DNA of 64,000 nt from Octopus vulgaris (GCA_951406725.2 OX597818.1:61008001-61072000); one strand, 5' to 3'; shown: positions 13,337 to 27,891, counted from the first letter of the stretch. The notes: generated by a model not told the origin, from the sequence alone. Translations and numbers: made by a program.

Positions 13337-13865
13337 ATATGGGGTACCATCCCATCAAGTCTGAGGATTTTTGAATCTTTATATGGGGTACCATCCCCTC
13401 AAGTCCGAGGATTTTTGAATCTTTATATGGGGTACCATCCCCATCAAGTCTGAGGAATTTTGAATCTTTATATGGGGTACCATCCCCTCAAGTCCGAGGA
13501 TTTTTGAATCTTTATATGGGGTACCATCCCCATCAAGTCTGAGGAATTTTGAATCTTTATATGGGGTACCATCCCCTCAAGTCCGAGGATTTTTGAATCT
13601 TTATATGGGGTACCATCCCCATCAAGTCTGAGGATTTTTGAATCTTTATATGGGGTACCATCCCCATCAAGTCTGAGGATTTTTGAATCTTTATATGGGG
13701 TACCATCCCCATCAAGTCTGAGGATTTTTGAATCTTTATATGGGGTACCATCCCCATCAAGTCTGAGGATTTTTGAATCTTTATATGGGGTACCATCCCC
13801 ATCAAGTCTGAGGATTTTTGAATCTTTATATGGGGGCCCATCCCATCAAGTCTGAAGATTTTTTA
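13337..13865. repeat. 44/45-bp minisatellite, about 12 copies
   Basis: Unit ATATGGGGTACCATCCCCATCAAGTCTGAGGATTTTTGAATCTTT, with no spacers. Confidence 0.95.
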
Positions 13866-14531
13866 TCCACTCCTGGAAGAATGTATTAATTATTTCAACC
13901 TGGCTGTGTTTATAGACAGTTGAAAAGAATACTTTAAAAATAAATAAAATAAATGATAGCATTGTAGTTGCGGGTGGGCACCCAATATTTTTACACCCGA
14001 TCTGCTTCTAAATCCTTAAATCCTTAAAAATGTTTTAGTCCGAAGGCCGCGGCCATGCTGGGGCACCACCGCTGTTGGAAATGTATGCACATATATGCAG
14101 CACTAAGCGTGTGGCAAGCTTTCTACGGCCGGATGCCCTTCCTGACGCCAACCCCCACCTGTTACCAAGCGAGGTAGTTTTTCCCTCTCTCTTTTTCGGA
14201 GAGGCACAAGCACCTGCACGCACATATACACACATGGCAGTAACTTCCGCCTGCCGAATTCAATCACAAAGCTTCGGTAGGCTCGGGGCTATAGCAGAAG
14301 ACACCTACCCAAAGTGCCACGCAGTGGGACTGAACCCGAAACCATGTAGTTAGGAAGCAAGCTCTCTAACCACACAGCCATGCCCGCGCCTACATGTATA
14401 ATAAATATACATGAAATCATTTAAGGTTACTTTCAAGAGAAATATGACCCGAGACCTGATCTTGTTTTCCGGATGTAGTTGCTAAAAGACAAACACTTCG
14501 TAAACAAAATACATTTCCATAGAATTTGAAG

Positions 14532-14570
14532 ACAACAACAAAATTACAACAGGAAGCAGATGACTTTAAT
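14532..14570 (-). terminator. Candidate polyadenylation signal ATTAAA with a GU-rich downstream element
   Basis: Minus-strand ATTAAA at 14570-14565, then GTTGTAATTTTGTTGTTGT at about 14550-14532. Alternative AATAAA sites near 14770 and 14925. Confidence 0.4.
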
Positions 14571-17500
14571 ATAAATACTTTTCTTTATATGATGTATTAG
14601 CTCATTTGGAGACAGTTGCTTTGTCACAGCAGTTATTCATCACCTGCTACAGTTGGGTGGGGGGAGTCATATTCTAAAGAGAGGTCATCAGTTGCTATGT
14701 CTTTAGTTGGTGTGGGGGGGTGTTCCCAGGCCATGACAGGCTTTGGTTTATATTATGAACAATTATTTATTATTTTTTTGTTAATTTTTTTTTTCTTCTG
14801 TTGTTCTACGCATCATCATGGTCACATATGCTCTAACGTATCCAATATTCTGGTTTCAGTTTTCCTCACCAACTGAGCAGCAGAGTTGATAGAATGTCAC
14901 TTACATGGGACACAGTGCCTTTATTCGTTAGACTGACACCAGCTCATGTAGAAAATCTTATACACACCTATTTATTTAAGGCCTCCTGGAGGGGGGGAAA
15001 TACTTTTTTAACAAGAAAAAAACATCTTTTTTTTTTAAATGGAAACAATTATAACATACAAAATAAAATTTCATTTTCCTTTTTAAAACAAACAAAATAT
15101 TCATGTTATGTATGTGTATCAACACACATATGTATATACATATACACTTACATATGTAAATGTGTATATATACACAACACACACATATGTGTGTTTGCAT
15201 GAATAGTTCAATAAACAATTAAAATTCAATGTATGTAAATATGAGTATAAAAAAAAAAGGTGAAAACTGGACTTCTTTAATCTGGACAGTTCTCCAATTA
15301 CCCTTTTCTTCGTCACAAACCATATTTAGTGGCTGTCTACCATGCCGGTTGTTTTCCCTGATACTGTAGTGACTTCAGCAAGAAGGTCTCAATAATAAAC
15401 TAAGTTATAAAATTAGTAAAAGGGATTTAAGTTTGCCTTTTAGGAAACGAACAAACTTAAAGTATTTCCCATCAAACTGTTTCATCATAATGAAAACATT
15501 TTGTGTATGGTACGTAACTCCATTACAGAGTATTGAGAGTGGACTCTGGAGTGGAGATGGTGGGCAGGGGATTCTGTTGTGTGTCGAGGAATCAGTTTTG
15601 GGTTACTCAGAGTTAGTTTTACAATTTTGGGAGGAATAAGTTTATGGCCGGTCATTCCTCCATTGTGATTGGTTGAATTCGTAGAGGAAATTTGCTCTTC
15701 TTTAAATCTCCGCTGGGTTAAATTGTGCTTTTCCAGCAGCTGCAGATGCAGTATAATATCTACTGAGCTGGTTCAGTACATTCAACTACAACATATACAT
15801 GTTCTCTCGTTTACACATATATATATACACACACACACACGCGCATGCATGCATACACTCATTCGAGACTGGAAAAAATTTCATATCAGCATCACTTTGA
15901 AACCATATGAAGATAGAAGATTCTTTTTCTTTTTTTCCCCCAGGAATTCAAATGTAGAGAGAAAGGAGAGAGGGAAAAAAAACAAAGAGACCTTTGGAAA
16001 TCATATGTAGATAGAGGGGACATCAAGCAATCGCATGTTGATTATAAACCTACATATAGAGCAGAACTTGTGAAAACCAGCAGACCATATCTAGATAATA
16101 AACTGGCAAACTCAGTCCTACAAAACATGTGCAAATTAGAAAAGAGGAACAACCTTAATAATTGCCAAGTTGTCTTGAAGACTTTAGATTTGAGAGGTAG
16201 GGAGAATGGGCAGCTTTAGACAAGAGGATGTGCTAGTGTTCACCAACAATGGTCAACTGATGAATCAACAGTGGCAGCAGCAGAGCACAATGTTAACAAA
16301 ACTCTCTTTTAATGACAGCATTCACAAATCTTCACTAGAGTGTGTATGGGGTAATAGTGAAAGAGACAAGGGCTTGGGATGATAGACAAGTTGCCTTGCT
16401 ATTGTTATCACATGATAAAACTGCTGTCAGCCAATTAACACAAATGAGGAGAGAAAGTTCTTTTTTTTTATGCCTTTGAATTTTTAACTTGGCATCTCTT
16501 CCATTTTTTTTTTTTAAGTGCACCAGCACCGAATAACCTGCTCAGTGAATGAGCAAACTCTGCCGTGGAGTTTCTCTTAATTCCATTTTCTACCCACTTT
16601 TGACAATCAGATTATTTTCATGATTATCAAATTCATTATGATGATCATCAAATTCAATGCCGAGAGATATTTTGGATTAAATTGGCCAAAATATTTCTTG
16701 GCATTCAACTGAAGGAGAATTATACTGGTTACCAGATAGTAGTAGTAATAATAGTAAAAAAAAAAACAAAAAAAAACTCAAATATATTTTACTTAAAAGA
16801 ATTATGGTAATTTCCTGGATTTCAGCATGAAATGATTTGGTGATGTCGCATTTAGTATTGTGTATTTTCCACACAGGTAGTATCATGACAGTGTATTTTC
16901 CACACTGATAGCATGAAGGTGTAAGCAATATTAAAAACAGAAATAGGCACACACCATTTAGTTATTATTATTATTATTTTTTTTCCTAGTTTTGCCAAAA
17001 ACTAAAGAATGAGAAATTGTTTTACATTTCTCCTCACAGGTTTTTTTTTCCTTTTTTTTTTGTTAGGTTCGAACGACTGATATGAGCAAAGGTTACTACT
17101 AAATACCAGTGCTCAAAACGGTTAAACGGTCAATTTTTTACTTGACAGCTGGTGTGATAGATTTTTAAAAAAAACCCAAAAAACAAACAAAAAAAAACTG
17201 TATGACAGCAATTATTTGGCATTTTTACTTCTTGACCCTCAGTTCTATCAAAGTATCCAAAAGTGTTTTACATCATATTATGTGCGGGGTATGAATGTGG
17301 GTGGGTGTTTGTGTGTGTGTGTGTGTGTTTGTGTCAGTCAACTAAAATAATTAAAAAAGAGTTAATCAGGAAAGAAAAGGCAATTCATGAAGCAAGTATT
17401 GTTTTTGTTGGTTTGTTTTGTTTTTTTTTTTCGGTTTTTTTTTTTGTATGTTTGTTTATGAAATATCGACAACATCACAACATTCAGCCATAGCTTCGAT

Positions 17501-18678
17501 GGTTCTGAGATCAGTACACAAACACACGTCAATTATTTTAGCACAAAATAGTATTGAAGCCTACAACTGTAATAATAGTCACAAAGGAAATTGCGACTCT
17601 TAAAAAGCCTGATGCTAAATTCATCAAATGATATCTAGCTTACTGCAACCAAAGGAGATTCACTGTTGTCCAGTGCGGCTAATTGTGTTGATCTAGTTTA
17701 ATGGATAATGAATGTTGTGTAACCAAACTGTCACAGTTCATAAGAAATAATGAGAAGGGGGTGGGGCAAAATGCTGTTGATTGTAATGCTAATATTATGA
17801 AAATAGTTTCTCTGATAAATTTGGTTGCAGTTTTTACTGACCTCCAACTGACAGCTTGTGCAGTTCTCTTATGTTTCATTTTTCTTTTCTATTTTTTTTT
17901 TTTATAGAAAACTTTCTGTGAAATAATAAAAAAAAAAAAAAAAAAATCTCATTCATAGTTTAAGAAAATGGGGAATGGTTTGCTGTTAAACCCATGTTCT
18001 GAGAAGATACCATACAACTTTCAGTGGCATAATTAGGCCCTAGATTGTTCATATATCTACTCGTATACACTTGCCGTGATGTAACACGGAGTAAGCTCAT
18101 ATGGCATCAAAATAGCATCACGATAGTTCCACCATTATCATCATTAATTTCTTCACCAGATTAAATTCGTTAAAAATTCAAAACCTAAATGATAAAAGTT
18201 GATATTTCAATGAACCCATGATGTTTTTCTTGTGTTTGTTTTATGAAATGCATTCCTTCTCAGTCACTTGTTTTGTGTCTTTTTTTTTTCTTTTCTTTTC
18301 GTAAACAAAGAACAAACAGTTTAAAGAGACCGAGTATAGAAATACCTCAGTCAGTTCATCTGATGAATGCATTCAATTTGACTTCAAGATGAGTGAAATA
18401 TAAATCTGCATTGATGGTTTTCAGTCAGCAATGTGAGATTGTTCTCTGACAGTTGAAAAAATTGATAAATCCCAACCGAGATATATCATTAATAGATATA
18501 TATATATATCATATATATATACATATATTATATATATATATATTATATATATATATATTGTTCAAAATCTCTAGCTAGCTGCTTTTAAATTCCAAATGCC
18601 AGCAAAGATAGTATAAAAAGTCTTTTAAAATCATCGTTGTTTTATTCATTGCCATGGAAGGATTTTGGTAAGCCAGGA
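14545..18678 (-). other. Probable ~4.1 kb 3'UTR of the nephrin-like gene
   Basis: Follows the stop codon and is free of SINEs, unlike the flanks. U-rich on the minus strand and ends at a poly(A)-like signal. The 3' end is inferred. Confidence 0.55.
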
Positions 18679-18818
18679 TTACACCAGGTGACCTTTCATT
18701 TCGAGGCTTGGTTGTATTGGTGATTGAAGGCTCCCCCTCGCATTGGTGCTGCGATACTGAGAAGGGCTTTCATAGCAGGGGTTAGGGACGATGCTGGGAG
18801 AAAGTGGTACACTTGGAC
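18679..18818 (-). CDS. NPHS1: Terminal coding exon: (G)PSVPLSPSIVPNPCYESPSQYRSTNARGSLQSPIQPSLEMKGHLV*
   Basis: Acceptor cttctgattttag, in phase 1 with the upstream exon, stop TAA at 18681-18679. The C-terminal ...GHLV matches the nephrin-family PDZ-binding end, which is the main basis for the gene name. No Ig, FN3 or TM exons were seen, so they presumably lie beyond 64000. Confidence 0.85.
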
Positions 18819-20807
18819 CTAAAATCAGAAGTTTAAATACATTTTATTGTCAGCAACAAAATTTAGGATAAAGAAGTTTAATTATAAAAACAAACTTTAA
18901 GTTTTCTAATGATAATTAGATACTTAACAACTCTAAAGAGGTAAAATTTGAAAAGCTACTTTGGTATTAAGCAAACACTAGTTCCTTTGTACATTTTGAA
19001 AGTTAAGATATTTATTGATTTGATCTAAGTAAAAGAATTTTCTTTTTACCTTTGGCAGGAAGGTTGTGCAGTTGGAAATAAATTTTACCAAAAAAACAAA
19101 CAAAGAACTGAATCTCTTTTGGTATTGTAAAATATCAACTGACTGCATAACACGTTTATAAACAATTTGATGTATCAAAAATATATGTGTATGTATATAT
19201 ATATGTATAAATATATTTCTACACACATGTACACTGTTGTACAGATTTAGATATGGTAAATTGAAAAATATGCTTTACTTTTAAACTTTAATCTGAGTTT
19301 CATTCAGAAGATATCAAGGAACAGATGGAGAAAGCTCGTACTATTTACATGTGTGTGGTTGTGGAGGGACATGGGAGCTGTTTCAAGTAGGACATTCATT
19401 GTCATTGAAATTAATGGTTTGACTTGGTTCCTTGAAAGTTATTCTTCCTTTCAACTTTTATAAAATATATTTTTTTTTATAAAATTAGCTTTTATAAGTT
19501 TTCCGAGTTTCCTTATGAATTTAACACTAAAGGATAATAATAAATCATAACAGTAATAACAACAACAACAATAATAATAATGATAATCTAAAGAAACATT
19601 ATGGTGAGCAAGAAAAGAGAAGAAAATAAAAATGAGTGAGAGAAAAAGAATTTTTTTTTTTCGCAAAAATTTTTAAAATTCATGACAAATATATTACAGA
19701 GTAAGTGTAATATAAATGTCATGATAGCATATCTGCAAGTTAGTAGAATAAATGTGTTAAAAATTTAACAAAATAAATGTCATGATAAAATATATTAAGA
19801 ATAGAAATGAGTGGAGGAGATTAATTCGGTTACAGTCAGTTGGCATGCAAGAGTACAATTGGTGAACACACCCCACCTCCATTGAGAAAAATAGCTGAAA
19901 ATGTTGATAGTATTCATAAGCGTCTACATGGTATGAAAATGGAGTTAATGGCTGAAATTGGTAAGAAAATTGCCATGCAGAGGTGAAGTTAAAGCAATGA
20001 AAGGCAAGTATATTTTTTTTTTAGTAAAGTTTTTTTAAAAAATAATAATTAACAAACGGAATAAATAAAGATGAAAAATATAATAGATGTTGCCTATAAA
20101 GCTACATGCAAATTCCTTTAAGATAAGCTCGAAGTAAAAAAAAGAATGCAACAATTGTTAGTCTACAAGAATATTGTCTCCTAAAAAGAAAAGAGAAATT
20201 GTTCACAATCTACAGTGAAACACACACACACACAAAAAACAAAAAACAAAAAAAAACATAAGTGAAATAAAGGAAATTTACTTGAAGTAATACTTGCAGC
20301 TAGTAAGTACAAAGTAAATTATGCAGCTACATATGTGTATATATTTATATAGCAAGGAAGGTGTGATAAAACAAAATGGTTTTCCTTTTTGTCATTTTGT
20401 AAAAGTATTTATAGAAAAGTATGAGGTCATATCAAACAGCTACAATATGGTGTTAACCCTTTTTATTTCAATAGGTTTTATGTGTAACAATGCTAAGATT
20501 GATATTTCATTTATCTAAAAATATGAAATGGATATAGTTGAAAGTAATGTCGGGGAAAACGAAAAACAACAAAAGATAGGTTTGTTGCAGAATGGTGTTT
20601 TCTTATATGGAAGAAGAAACAGTGTTAGAATATTAAAATCAATAAAAGTTGGACTCTGAACAACTACGGTAAGAAGACGAAGATTCAGTCTAATATAAAT
20701 AGTTGCATTAGTCACACAATGTGACAAAATAACTCTGGTCAGAAAGTTGAGAAGCGCTTAACTAAATTTGGTTAGAGAAGCTATGAAAGGGAAAAATAAT
20801 AATTTCG

Positions 20808-21130
20808 ACCAACCACATGGTTCTGGATTCAGTCCCACTGCATGGCACCTTGGGCAAGTGTCTTCTACTATAGCCTCAAGCCAACCAAAACCTTGTGGGT
20901 GGATTTGGTAGACGGAAACTGAAAGAAGCGTGTCGTGTGCGCATTATATATATATATATATATATTATATGTGTGTGTGTGTGTGTGTGTGTATGTTTGT
21001 GTTTGTCCCCCCACCATCGCTTGACAACTGATGTTGGCATGTTTATGTCCCCGTAACTTAGCAGTTCGGCAAAAGAGACCGATAGAATAAATACTAGGTT
21101 TACGAAGAATAAGTCTTGGGGGTCGATCTG
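20808..21130 (+). mobile_element. SINE family A (truncated at both ends)
   Basis: Family core present. Confidence 0.75.
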
Positions 21131-21145
21131 CCATATGTCCATGGG

Positions 21146-21214
21146 CAACAAACAAGATGAGGACAAATATCTGTCAAATGTAAATAATTCCTCTTCTCTT
21201 AAATACAGAATTGT
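21146..21214 (+). mobile_element. Isolated 3' tail fragment of the hammerhead SINE
   Basis: aacaaacaagatgaggacaaatatctgtcaaatgtaaataat... matches the tails at about 43480-43520 and 44712-44760. Confidence 0.65.
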
Positions 21215-22589
21215 AATGATGGACAATATATTGAAATAGTTGAGATTTTGATGAAAAATAAGGACTGAAATATATTGAAGGGGGAGAAAACAAAAGGAAT
21301 GGAATTATCTTACAATGTAATAATTCCGTGAAGTGTATTTCTATTTTCTACCACTAAGTATCGGAATTGTAGCAGGCCTAAATAAACTTGTGAAGTTTCA
21401 AGATCATTATGTTAGGCAGCTAATGTCATTCTCAATTGCAGTGGCATGGCATTAACGCTGAATAGGTAAAAACCAAACATTGGTAAAGATGTCAGAAAAC
21501 TTTTGATGTTAGTCATGCAAATTTTCATCTTGTTTAGAATTCCGGTGAAGTTGTTTATTTTTCTTTTCCGTTTCTTATTCATTAGTCCAAAGTTGATTTG
21601 TTGGTTCGTAGCCATTTGAAATATTCTAATTAGAAAAATACACCGTTCTGAGTTTGTAGTAATTCAAGGAGACAATACTCCAACTATAGACGTATTTCAC
21701 ACTTCAAAATATGTCAGAAAGCAAAGTTGTTTTCAACACACGTTATGTGTGTATGTGGGGGGGGGGCTCTCGTGATCTCATAATTTTACTGTTAGTAATT
21801 AACATAGTAAGACCATCATAGAATATCCAATACTACAATGTTGCATCTACCTTCCTCTCTAATTAAACAGGTGATTTTTCATTTAGTAATCCTGAGATGC
21901 TAATACAGAATATCAGCCTGCACTGCTGTTTATCATTCTCGAGCTTAGCAGAATGTTGGACTCGTGACAAAAAAAGTTAATTGCACCAAAGTAATTTACA
22001 AACCTCACCAGATCCCTATCTTAGCCAACAAATGATGTTCTCAGCCACATCATCATCATAATACTCTCCTCCCCATCTCTACATGTGCTTCTTCAAATCA
22101 TTTGCAAGTTAAAGCAGTTTAAGATCATCAACAATTAGAGATATTATTCATCAGTGTTAATTTTTAACTTCTTAAAGGTCTGAATACTTTTTATTTGTTT
22201 TTCTTTTCCTTTCTTTTGTGGTACATGAATTGCAGATGAAGTTTGACAGAAAGTTAGCTGATAGATTATTGAACTGAAAATAAGTCTGTGTGTGTGTGTG
22301 TGTGTGTGTATAGGCACATATATATAACAGCCCACATATGAAAATGAATGAAATAAAGCATTGAAAAACAGAAAGATAGAGAGATAGAGATACGAAGAGT
22401 AAAGTTGAAAAGATATAAGATTGTTTAGAAAGAATTAAATTAATCTCACTTAAGCTGATATGTGCCAATGTATATATGTCTAAATATTATGTATTACTGG
22501 GTTCAAACCAGACACCAGCCACTTTGTTACTGTGATTCTGTTGCCATTACATGGCAAACCCTATCACTCATGAAATACTGTGTTCATTT

Positions 22590-23050
22590 TTAACCCCTTG
22601 ACGCTGGTATTACCCGAAGCATGTGAGACACTGCTCCGGTTTTTTTATCTAATGAGGCCACACAAGTGCCAACGAGCTTGCGTTTATTTATGTTCACTGT
22701 TACAATAACATAGCGTCGTACATTTAAGTCCACCGGTTTATGAAAGCGAACTATGTGAAGCTATTTATCATAATATGATATGCACGAGTTATTCTGCTCA
22801 AGTTCAGAAAATCGCTTGCGTGTGGTACAACCCAAAACACGGTATCATGCATGTAAAGTATCCGCATGTCATTGGTCTACTGCTAGTCTCATGACTTGAA
22901 AGTAACCTGAAATAGCTAAGATAATGCACGGGACGGCGAGTGCACGCACCTAAAGAGATAAAGTACACGGTAGCGAACGTAAACATACGTCAGCCGCTAA
23001 AAAGTCCGTGGTAGATGTAAGGCAGCTCTACATTGTATAATTACGTTAAC
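22590..23050. mobile_element. Probable piggyBac-like terminal fragment
   Basis: Begins TTAA/CCCCTTGACGCTG and forms a CpG-rich block. No clear second TIR. Confidence 0.4.
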
Positions 23051-23152
23051 CGCGGGTAGGCAATTGTACCTTTGGAAGGGCATACCATTTCCACTACAAC
23101 ACATATCAAAATCATTAAGCTCTAAGAATAATGCATGATTAATTCTAACCAA

Positions 23153-23420
23153 TCATTATCATCATCCTTTAACGTCCGTTTTCCATGCTGGTATGGGTTG
23201 AACGGTTCAACTGGGGTCAGGGAAGCCAAGAGGCTGACCCAAGCTCCAGTCTGATCTGGCAGTGTTTCTACAGCTGGATGCCCTTCGTAATGCCAACTAC
23301 TCCAAGAGTGTAGTGGATACTTTTTTACGTGTCACTGGCACAGGGGCCAGAGGGGGCTGGCATTGACCACGATCGGATGGTGCTTTTTTACATGCCACCA
23401 GCACGGAAGCCAGTCAAGGC
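23153..23420 (-). mobile_element. RTE 3'UTR-derived repeat
   Basis: Family core ctacagctggatgccctt... Confidence 0.7.
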
Positions 23421-24835
23421 TTTACATTTGATAGAGTAATCTGAATGCTAAAAGGCTGGAATATATAAACTAGTTAATGAATCTTTTTCTTAAATTATAT
23501 GGATTGTAATGCTGCTGTTTAACTTCACTTTCTGTTGTGATAAACCATTTATAAATTCCTCTTGGATATGATGTAAATCTATTTGCAGACAATTTGAGGA
23601 AGAACTTTTACCTATTCTCCAGATAGATTGTAAACTGGAGCAATCAGTGTTAAATGTTTCACACACAGATACAAGAAAACATTATCAATAGGTTTTGAAT
23701 TCATGAGTCATAAGTAATTTGTTTATACTACCTCTGTAGTATAGATACTATTGCTTTTTGATTATAAGAGTTATCTAATTTAGGTACTGAATAAACCGAG
23801 ATCTTGCAAATTAACTTGAGATGTTACAGGTAAGTTTATGTCAATAGTAGTTATCTGTGAAAACACCCAGTCTTTAGTAATGAAATCAGCTAATGTAATA
23901 TATACCTATATGTGAGCACCTCATTGCTATTTAAGATAATTGAATGAGTCTATGTGCAGTATGTAACAGTTTATAGCAACACAGGTAAGTCCAAGACACA
24001 AAGAACAAGAGTCCTTATAGATGTTATCAAAGATATAAGAGAGAGAGAGAGAGAGAGAGAGAGAAGAAGCATCACCTACTGTATATTTCCAGTGATTATT
24101 AAGTGAAGATGTCAAACAGATGATTGCGTTTGTGTGTTCCACTGGTAGGTGACTGTCAATGAAGTTGACACACACCAACAGGTAGCAGCAGAGAAAGAAA
24201 AGAAGGAGAAGGAGGTGGAGGAGGAAGAAGAACATCAGTAACACGGCAGTTATAATTAACAGGACTGATATTAATTAAACACACATGATTGCTGTAAAAG
24301 ATGTGATTAGATACCAAAACATTTGGAACAGTTTAATGAAATAATTAGTGTTAAAAATGTAAGTGGATTATTATTAGTAGATTACCAGTAGATTAAATAT
24401 CATGCTAAGTTATATTATCAAAAGTAATTAATTTATACCACCTAAAGAAAACAAAATGTCATGCTTTTTTAAAAAATATATTTGATGCTTATTTCATCAT
24501 AAATTTTCACTTAATACAAGAGTGGGAAATGTAGTTTTTAACCCACAATTTTGTTGGTTTCTCAAATTGCTTGACAGCACTATTTCCAGTTATCTTCAGA
24601 ATTTTACACACCTAAAGAAACTTTCAGTGACACACAGCACTTTTAATGATTAATATTTGACATTAAACAGGAAGTGGACTGGCAGGAATAATTAGTGTTG
24701 AATAAAATGTCTTGCCGTATTTAGTTACATCTATTTCTAAATTGAAATCCTACAAAAACAGAAACTTTGCCTTTCATCTTGGTGATGTCGATAAAATAAA
24801 TACAAGTGAGTACTTGTAACAATATGATAGATTAT

Positions 24836-25068
24836 ACCTATTTCTTTACTACCCACAAGGGGCTAAACACAAAGAAGACAATCAAGGACAGACACAGATT
24901 AAGTTGATTACATCGACCCCACTGCGTAACTGGTACTTATTTAATCGACCCTGAAAGGATGAAAAGCAAAGTCAACCTCGGCGGAATTTGAACTCAGAAC
25001 GTAACGGCAGACGAAATACAGCTACGCATTTCGCCCGGCGTGCTAACGTTTCTGCTAACTCGCCGCCT
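24836..25068 (-). mobile_element. SINE family B
   Basis: Monomer flanked by a tgatagattatacc direct repeat. Confidence 0.8.
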
Positions 25069-26534
25069 TGATAGATTATACCATCCACTTCTAACTTTTT
25101 AGCTTTGCACCTATGTTGGAAATCAATACTTGATATATTGCAAGTTATAAAGAGGACATTTTCCTAAACATTATCAAGTTTAGGAGTCATAAGTGTGTAA
25201 ATTAGTTTACATGCTACAGAGGGACAATAAGGCCAAGATTTTTTTATCAAAGGAAATTTTTCAAAAAACTGTTTATGTTAGCACTAAGAATATAAGTTAT
25301 AAGATCCATATCTTAAGTGTTACTATAAGTATTCCACTTAGATGAAGCACCTTATTAAATGAATTTTAAAATGAGGGTCACTGCTAGGTTCCTCAAACTT
25401 CGGTTTTCTTAATCACCATTCATGAATGAATTTTTCTGTCATTTTTACTATTTTTCAAACTTTCATCACTTGGATATCAAATTAGGCCCAAATTAAGACA
25501 AATTTGATTATTTCAAACTGAAGTAACAGCAATCTACCACTGGCAGTCGACTGTGTGTGTATGTAAAGCAGAGTGAAAGAGCTGAAGATAACTTGATATA
25601 GCAGAATTAAACCATTATTTGTAAAAAATATAAAAAGGAAGTGCATGAAAATAAAATTTACACATTATAATGAAATCTTCATCATAATTTATCAAATAAA
25701 TATTTAGAATCTAATATTTTTTTTTTACCAGTTTTATGAGAAATTTGCTGATATAGAATTTGGTCATTATATAAAAATATATTTTATTAGCAGTTTTGCT
25801 AAATTATATAACCAGTTAGTATGGAAGATGTAATTGATGATATAGAAAATGGATACATCTTAGTCCTAATATATATTTATTTATTTCACTTTAATTATCC
25901 AAACAATTAATGCCAAACTATGTTGATTAAAAACATTTATGAAAATATGAAAATTTAAATTTTTATTTAATCAACTAACAACTGATAACTGATTTGGTTT
26001 CAACAAAATTATACAGAAATAATAATTTAAAATTTTTCATTAATATAAAATCAGAACAATTTTTGTGCATTCAAAACACAATATGCTTTTATCAGTTAAA
26101 TGAACGAATGTAGAGTATTATCATTTTTACCTGTTGAAGCCATGTGTCATTACTAACGAGGTTGTGCAAGGGTAGATATTTAATCAGGGTCCACAACAAG
26201 AAATGATGGGAAATTGACTTTCCTTGTGTGCAAACAAGAACAGAATGTTTTCCCCACTTCTGTTCAGGATATTGGTTGTTAGGGTCAGTATCTTAACCCT
26301 TTCATTTACACACCAGTTACAATAAATCACTAATGGAACTCTCTATGCCCTCATCTTTGTGGTTATGCTTCTCTTGGTTACAGGGTTCCCTAATCACCTG
26401 TTGTTCAAATGCTACATCTACTTCAACAATGAAATCAGCATGTGTCTAAAAGAATGGGTGTGTGGTGGGTTTTGTTTTGGGGCTTTTTTTTGAGCACTGA
26501 ATGGAATATCAGTGAGTCCAATGTTATTTCCATA

Positions 26535-26952
26535 TCTATTTCTTTACTACCCACAAGGGGCTAAACACAGAGAGGACAAACAAGGACAGACAAACGGATT
26601 AAGTCAATTATATCGACCCCAGTGCGTAACTGGTACTTAATTTATCAACCCGGAAAGGATGAAAGGCAAAGTCGACCTTGGCGGAATTTGAACACAGAAC
26701 GTAGCGGCAGACGAAATATCTATTTCTTTACTACCCACAGTGGGCTAAACACAGAGAGGACAAACAAGGACAGACAAATGGATTAAGTCGATTATATCGA
26801 CCCCAGTACGTAACTGGTACTTAATTTATCAACCCAAAAAGGATGAAAGGCAAAGTCGACCTCGGTGGAATTTGAACACAGAACGTAGCGGCAGACGAAG
26901 TACCGCTAAGCATTTTGCCCGGTGTGCTAACCAGTCTGCCAGCTCGCCGCCT
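26535..26952 (-). mobile_element. SINE family B, tandem dimer
   Basis: Two ~185-bp units, flanked by a tgttatttccata direct repeat. Confidence 0.8.
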
Positions 26953-27451
26953 TTTGTTATTTCCATACCATTACTATCTTTCACATCAGTTTCTTCCAAA
27001 CATGAACGACTGATAATTGGCTACAATTTTTGATGTTACATCAGCTAGGATGAAACTCAGAGTGTTTCTGGATATTTTCAATTTGTTGAAACTTGGACTT
27101 TAAATTGCCAAAACAATTAATTACAGATTACTTTAACAGAATTTCTGTAATAAATTTCATGGTGTTTAATAATATGGAAGTGAGAACTTAAAGGGAAGAA
27201 GCATTATGTTATATTTATAAACATATTTGGCAGATTAAACCGTATTATTTTGCAAAGTCTTTATTTAATTTATTGGGGTGGTTTTATCTAGTGTATCTTG
27301 CCATTTAAACGACTCCTTAATATTCGATTACGATATAGAGTAGAGTTATTGAATATATATCATTGACTGATGATGGGTAGAAAATGTGTTCACTGATATT
27401 GTTTGCTTTGTGTAACAACTGTAGGAGGGCAGCTAGAATATTCATGCATGT

Positions 27452-27860
27452 AGGCATAGGAGTGGCTGTGTGGTAAGTAGCTTGCTTATGAACCACGTGG
27501 TTCTGGGTTCAGTCCCACTGCGTGCCACCTTGGGCAAGTGTCTCCTACTATAGCCTCGGGCCGACCAAAGCCTTGTGAATGGAGTTGGTAGATGGAAACT
27601 GAAAGAAGCCAAGCGTATATATGTATATATATATGTATGTGAGTGTATAAGTTTGTGTATCTGTGTTTGTCCCCCCCCCCCCCAACATCGCTTGATGACC
27701 GATGCTGGTGTGTTTACGTCCCCGTCACTTAGCAGTTTGGCATAAGAGACCAATAGAATAAGTACTAGGCTTACAAAAGAATAAGTCCTGGGGTCGATTT
27801 GCTCGACTAAAAGGCGGTGCTCCAGCATGGCCGCAGTCAAATGACTGAAACAAGTAAAAG
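27452..27860 (+). mobile_element. SINE family A
   Basis: Full-length copy. Confidence 0.85.
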
Positions 27861-27891
27861 CGTATCTTCATCAGTCAGTTTTATTATAAAA

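Noticed and set aside
13337-13865. CRISPR-like array, or a repeat protein (ORF 13557..13841, LMGMVPHIKIQKSSD repeats)
   Set aside because: There are no unique spacers, the context is eukaryotic, and 44-bp units break the frame. It is a minisatellite.
26130-26260. Possible cassette exon with a CAG/gtaaaa donor
   Set aside because: It has an in-frame TAA in the required phase and a weak acceptor.
27365-27395. CTGATGA...GAAA hammerhead-like motif
   Set aside because: No stem II can form and stems I/III are unconvincing.
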